From Desulfosudaceae bacterium (lineage in GTDB: Bacteria > Desulfobacterota > Desulfobacteria > Desulfobacterales > Desulfosudaceae): DNA of 64,000 nucleotides. The stretch is from the NCBI GenBank assembly GCA_963674745.2, contig CAXXDV010000001.1:1504001-1568000 (forward strand), in the 5' to 3' direction. Numbering within the stretch: the stretch's first letter is position 1; each line of letters starts with the position of its first letter. Under the pieces are notes generated by a model that saw only the letters and a program-made list of their open reading frames with translations, had not been told where the DNA came from and did not search any database. Both the position numbers and the translations under genes were made by a program. Shown here in pieces: positions 60,362 to 64,000 of the stretch.

Positions 60362-61189
60362 TCAGCGTTTGGTGGTCTTGTTAATACCGGCGATGGTCCG
60401 GTTCATGACCCATTCCACCACGCCGGGCACCAGCCGTTTGGCCAGTACCGACAGGCGGGCGTCAAAACCCGGAATGATCAGAAACTGTTTTTTCGCCATG
60501 CCCTTCATCAGGGCCAGGGCCACGGTTTCAGGTGCTATGGTTTTGGCGTTGGCCGAAATGGCCCTGGTCTCGGCCGGTTTGGTCACATTTTCCGCTTCCA
60601 GGCCGGGTGTGTCCGTGTCCGGCGGGCACAACACGGACACGGTTATGCCTTTTGGTTTCAATTCCGCCCGCAGAGCTTCTGAAAACCCGATCACGGCGAA
60701 TTTCGACGCACTGTAGTCGGTGTATCCGAAAACACCGATCAAGCCGGCCACCGAGGATACGTTGACGATGTAGCCCCCCGGCTGCAAATGGGGCAGGGCC
60801 GCGGCCACTGCATGCCGGGTCCCGAAAAGATTGAGTTTCATGGTGGTTTCAAACTGGCCGGCACTGATGTTCTCAAAGTAATTCGGCCGGGCCTGACCGG
60901 CACTGTTGATGAGAATGTCCGGCGGGCCGAATTCGGCGGCGGCTTTGGCAAATACGGCTTCGGTTGCAACCGGATCGGTGACGTCCAGGGATTGCCAGGC
61001 GGTTTTCGATCCGGCCTTTCCCGCTTTTTTAATTCTGTCGGTCGCCTGTTTCAGGCGGTCTTCATTCCTGGCCAGGATCATCACATTCGCGCCCGACGCG
61101 GCCACCTGCCCGGCCACGCCCAGACCGATGCCGCTTGAACCACCGGTAATGTAAACGTTTTTTCCGTCAAAAAGAGCAGAATAGTTCAT
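60362..61189 (-). CDS. SDR oxidoreductase, 3-ketodihydrosphingosine reductase-like
   Basis: TGGSSGIG, YSASK and PPDTDTPG..EN.TKP.ET motifs. Confidence 0.8.
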   Translation of the reverse strand: MNYSALFDGKNVYITGGSSGIGLGVAGQVAASGANVMILARNEDRLKQATDRIKKAGKAGSKTAWQSLDVTDPVATEAVFAKAAAEFGPPDILINSAGQARPNYFENISAGQFETTMKLNLFGTRHAVAAALPHLQPGGYIVNVSSVAGLIGVFGYTDYSASKFAVIGFSEALRAELKPKGITVSVLCPPDTDTPGLEAENVTKPAETRAISANAKTIAPETVALALMKGMAKKQFLIIPGFDARLSVLAKRLVPGVVEWVMNRTIAGINKTTKR

Positions 61190-61200
61190 CTTCAAACCTT

Positions 61201-62208
61201 TTATTTGCTTTTCAGCGTTTTAACATCCAGCGTCTTCAGCCAGTCCATGGTTCTTCGCATGCCCTCGGCATAGGCAACCGGCGGCCGCCAGTCCAGTTCC
61301 CGTGCGGCTTTATCAATGGAAAACCGCAGCCGGGAGCCCAGGTTTTTTACCGTATAGGTCGTCAGCAGCGGCCGGGATGTCCGCCGCGTCAGTTTCCAGA
61401 GCACTTCCATGACCACGGCCGCGGCATAAGCGGCCGCATATGGAATATGCAGCCGTGGCGGAGAAACGCCCAGGGCTTCGGCGATAACGGTGCAGAAGGC
61501 CTGCAGGGTGGTGGGCTCACCGTCATGCACCAGGTATCCGTTGCCCACGGCCCGGTCATCTTCGGCAATGCGTGTCATCAGGTCCACCAGGTTGTCGATG
61601 TAGGTCGGCCAGACCAGAACGTCGCGGCGCCAGAACATCATTTCTTTATTAAGAATGGCATCGGCCAGCGACGGGACGAAGGTCAGGTCCCCGGGGCCGA
61701 ACACCCAGCAGGGATAAACCATGGTGACCGGCAGTCCCTGTTTCCGATGATATTCCCAGGCGATTTCTTCGGCCTTCAGTTTAAAATCCGGATACGGTTC
61801 ATGCCAGGGCTTCAAAGGGCTTTCTTCGGTCAGTACAACGGATTCATCCAGGCCGAACACGTCGTTGGTGCTTATTTTTACCAGCCGCCTGACCCCGGCC
61901 GACAAGGCCGCCCGGCAGACGTTCTCGGTGCCGTCCACGGTCACTTCGGCAAACAGTTTTTTCGGCGCCCAGTCGGTGACCACGGCGGCACAATGAAAAA
62001 CAATGTCCGCTCCGGTCATGCCCCTGGCGACGGCGTCTGGGTCGCGGATATCGCCTTCAATAACCTCAACACCCTCCTGGCGCAGTGCTTCAGCTCCCGG
62101 ATCGCCGGTCAGCACCAGTGCCCGGACCCTGTTTCCCGCCGCCAGGTTCTTTTGCACCAGGTGATGGCCGATAAATCCGGTGGCACCGGTGATATAGATG
62201 GTCTTCAT
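61201..62208 (-). CDS. NAD-dependent epimerase/dehydratase (3-beta-HSD-like)
   Basis: TGATGFIG, FHCAA and YxxxK motifs. Confidence 0.88.
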   Translation of the reverse strand: MKTIYITGATGFIGHHLVQKNLAAGNRVRALVLTGDPGAEALRQEGVEVIEGDIRDPDAVARGMTGADIVFHCAAVVTDWAPKKLFAEVTVDGTENVCRAALSAGVRRLVKISTNDVFGLDESVVLTEESPLKPWHEPYPDFKLKAEEIAWEYHRKQGLPVTMVYPCWVFGPGDLTFVPSLADAILNKEMMFWRRDVLVWPTYIDNLVDLMTRIAEDDRAVGNGYLVHDGEPTTLQAFCTVIAEALGVSPPRLHIPYAAAYAAAVVMEVLWKLTRRTSRPLLTTYTVKNLGSRLRFSIDKAARELDWRPPVAYAEGMRRTMDWLKTLDVKTLKSK

Positions 62209-62240
62209 GGGTTACCCCGCGTTGTATTTAATGAAGCCGT

Positions 62241-62483
62241 TTATGACTCCTCTTCTCCGACGGGCTCATATGAGGTCGTCAGGTATTTTTTGCCATGACT
62301 CTCAACAAAATAAACCGGCTTTTCATTCCGCAGCATGTCAGACAGAAACACCGCGTTTTCCGGCGGCGGAAACCAGCTGATGTTCTTCTTTTTCCCCTTT
62401 TCTTTGTAATTGATGACAAACCAGGGGCGCTCCTCTTTCAGGTCGTATCTGAGAATGTACGTGTCCACCATGTATGCGGCCAT
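62241..62483 (-). CDS. Small hypothetical protein
   Basis: 80 aa with AAGGA RBS. Confidence 0.65.
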   Translation of the reverse strand: MAAYMVDTYILRYDLKEERPWFVINYKEKGKKKNISWFPPPENAVFLSDMLRNEKPVYFVESHGKKYLTTSYEPVGEEES

Positions 62484-62609
62484 AGCGATTTCCTTTCATG
62501 ATTAAAGGTACTCTTTGTTGTTGGCCTACCGGCCGGTTTCCCCCTCAAACAAACGCTGGAACTTACCGCTTTCAATATGATTTAAAAGCGTCATCCGCTT
62601 ATTCCTTTT

Positions 62610-62954
62610 TCAGCATGTCAGATGAAAGCACCCGGCCACACGCGCGCCCTGTTCATGTGCGGCATTGAATGTCTCGATCGCCCGGGCGGTCGGGACGATT
62701 TCCATCTCAATTCCCATGTTTCGCAATTCATCCTGCAGATCGGCCGCCGGTTTCATCCGGCCGGAATCACCCGTCCCCACAACCAGCAGGTCCGGCGCGG
62801 CGTCCACAACTGCCTGGATATCGGCCATGGTCAACCGGTGCCCGCTTTTCCGCCACCAGGGGTGAATGATCGATCCGTCCGGCAGGATGATGACGTCCTT
62901 GCCGTAATGCCGGTCGTCGATGGTTATGGATCCGAACGTGTAATTTTGAATCAC
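62610..62954 (-). CDS. Mth938-like (DUF498) protein
   Basis: FGSITID, LVVGTG and FHLTC motifs. Confidence 0.85.
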   Translation of the reverse strand: MIQNYTFGSITIDDRHYGKDVIILPDGSIIHPWWRKSGHRLTMADIQAVVDAAPDLLVVGTGDSGRMKPAADLQDELRNMGIEMEIVPTARAIETFNAAHEQGARVAGCFHLTC

Positions 62955-63493
62955 GCTGCTTCCCGTCTTAAAACAAAAAAGAACGGTTTACGCATTCCTT
63001 TAAAATCCATTACACCCAGCACCGTGTTTTCATCCACTTTCCGGAACACGTCGTTGATGGGCAGGTTGTCATAAATCATGGTTGCGCTCGACTTTCCACG
63101 GTAATCCGTCAGGCGCAGGCGGGCCCGTGAACGCCGGGTCACAAACAGGGGCATGATGAGCTGGAAGACGCGTCCGAAGAACCGGGAGTTGATAAACGGG
63201 AAAAATTTCAGCAGGCCGAGGCCCGGCATGACCAGTGTCGGGTTGAGGCTTTTTCTGCCCTTGCTCAAAGTTGAAAACACCAGGGGGTGAACATCCTCCG
63301 GGCCTTCAAACCGCTTGCCGTGCCAGTGAAAAGTCTCCAGCACGCCATCCATGGGATGGTCGGTAAGAAAACCCGACCCCTGCCAGGCGCCGAGCATAAA
63401 ATCGGTGTTGACGGGATCAAGGCTGTCGAAAATCGCCAGTGCTTCTTCGGTACTTGTCTTTCCGGCCTCAAGCGCGGTTGTAAACGAAATCAA
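62951..63493 (-). CDS. GXWXG / DUF4334 protein
   Basis: GAWQG, WHGKRF and MIYDNLPINDVFRKVD motifs. Confidence 0.85.
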   Translation of the reverse strand: MISFTTALEAGKTSTEEALAIFDSLDPVNTDFMLGAWQGSGFLTDHPMDGVLETFHWHGKRFEGPEDVHPLVFSTLSKGRKSLNPTLVMPGLGLLKFFPFINSRFFGRVFQLIMPLFVTRRSRARLRLTDYRGKSSATMIYDNLPINDVFRKVDENTVLGVMDFKGMRKPFFFVLRREAA

Positions 63494-63873
63494 ATTGTCT
63501 CTCCTGAGGTTGAATGTTTAACCAGTCGGTCATATACAAATTTTACAATTTCGGGATCCATGTCCCGGCTTTTTTCATAAAACAGGTTTGCAATTCTGTC
63601 TTTTTCAAAAATACCATCCGCCAGCAATATCGGAATACCTTTTGGGCTCAAAGTACCATCTTTTTCACCATCATCGACTTCATGATGATGATAACCGCTT
63701 TTTTCCCACCATGTCAGGGCATGGGGATTTTCCGGTTTATCATAACATAATTGAAAACCGATGATGCGGTCATTTTCGTCAAACCATACCGTCAGGTCAA
63801 TCTCATGATCAAAAAACCATCGCCGCTTCGGTTCGTTCTCGTAGCTTTTAACCTTTTCTATTTCGTATAGCAT
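63490..63873 (-). CDS. Hypothetical protein directly downstream of the second attI-like site
   Basis: 127 aa; more AT-rich than its neighbours. Confidence 0.75.
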   Translation of the reverse strand: MLYEIEKVKSYENEPKRRWFFDHEIDLTVWFDENDRIIGFQLCYDKPENPHALTWWEKSGYHHHEVDDGEKDGTLSPKGIPILLADGIFEKDRIANLFYEKSRDMDPEIVKFVYDRLVKHSTSGETI

Positions 63874-63902
63874 GGTTCATCCCTGAAAGCATTTAACTTG
63901 TT

Positions 63903-63988
63903 CGTTAACTATGTTATCAGACGGAATTCTACGGTGCACTCCCCATTCGTATGATTACCCATACCGTTCTTTAATTACAAGCGATTTG
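63903..63988 (-). other. Second attI-like module homologous to 27751-27837
   Basis: TAACTATGTTATCAGA...TTAATTACAAGCGATTTG versus TAACAATGTTATTAGA...TTAATTACAAGCGAATTG; 59/84 identities in my manual alignment. Confidence 0.65.
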
Positions 63989-64000
63989 CACCAAAATCAA

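Noticed and set aside
30413..62298. Other long antisense ORFs (30413-31213, 48424-49311, 52271-53128, 56555-57496, 59085-59873, 61447-62298)
   Set aside because: Each lies opposite a well-supported gene.
63903..63930. dif/Xer site
   Set aside because: Lacks the 11-6-11 layout with a TTATGTTAAA-type XerD arm; fits the attI-like module better.
1..64000. tRNA, rRNA, riboswitch, transposase or prophage genes
   Set aside because: None recognisable by eye; covariance-model searches were not run.

Overview
Two-part window from a bacterium whose gene content suggests Desulfobacterota (inference). (1) Bases 1-27,757 are an AT-rich integron gene-cassette array on the minus strand, continuing off the left edge. 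I count 53 cassettes (the first partial), separated by 52 long (~122-129 bp) attC sites of two sequence families, and headed by an attI-like site at ~27,751-27,770. There is no integron-integrase gene next to it or anywhere in the window. Eleven cassettes are ORF-less and belong to two multi-copy families with conserved long hairpins. Five coding cassettes are duplicated, and a 216-bp MITE sits exactly on an attC crossover triad. (2) Bases 28,142-64,000 are GC-richer backbone: a sigma54-driven auxiliary fatty-acid synthase/acyltransferase operon with its divergent activator, PBP1A, an EndoQ-UvrD fusion, ogt, a LarA-like protein, ferredoxin, a cysteine synthase-CysRS fusion, tmk, metY-metX-metW, a short-attC cassette remnant carrying a MazF/PemK TA module, yhaM, surE, and an amidase/KDSR-like/epimerase cluster. 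At the right edge lies a second copy of the attI-plus-upstream module. Best candidates for novelty: the dispersed integrase-less attI platforms, the structured ORF-less cassettes, a promoter assembled across an attC junction, and the attC-targeted MITE. Protein family calls are from motif recognition only; no searches were run.
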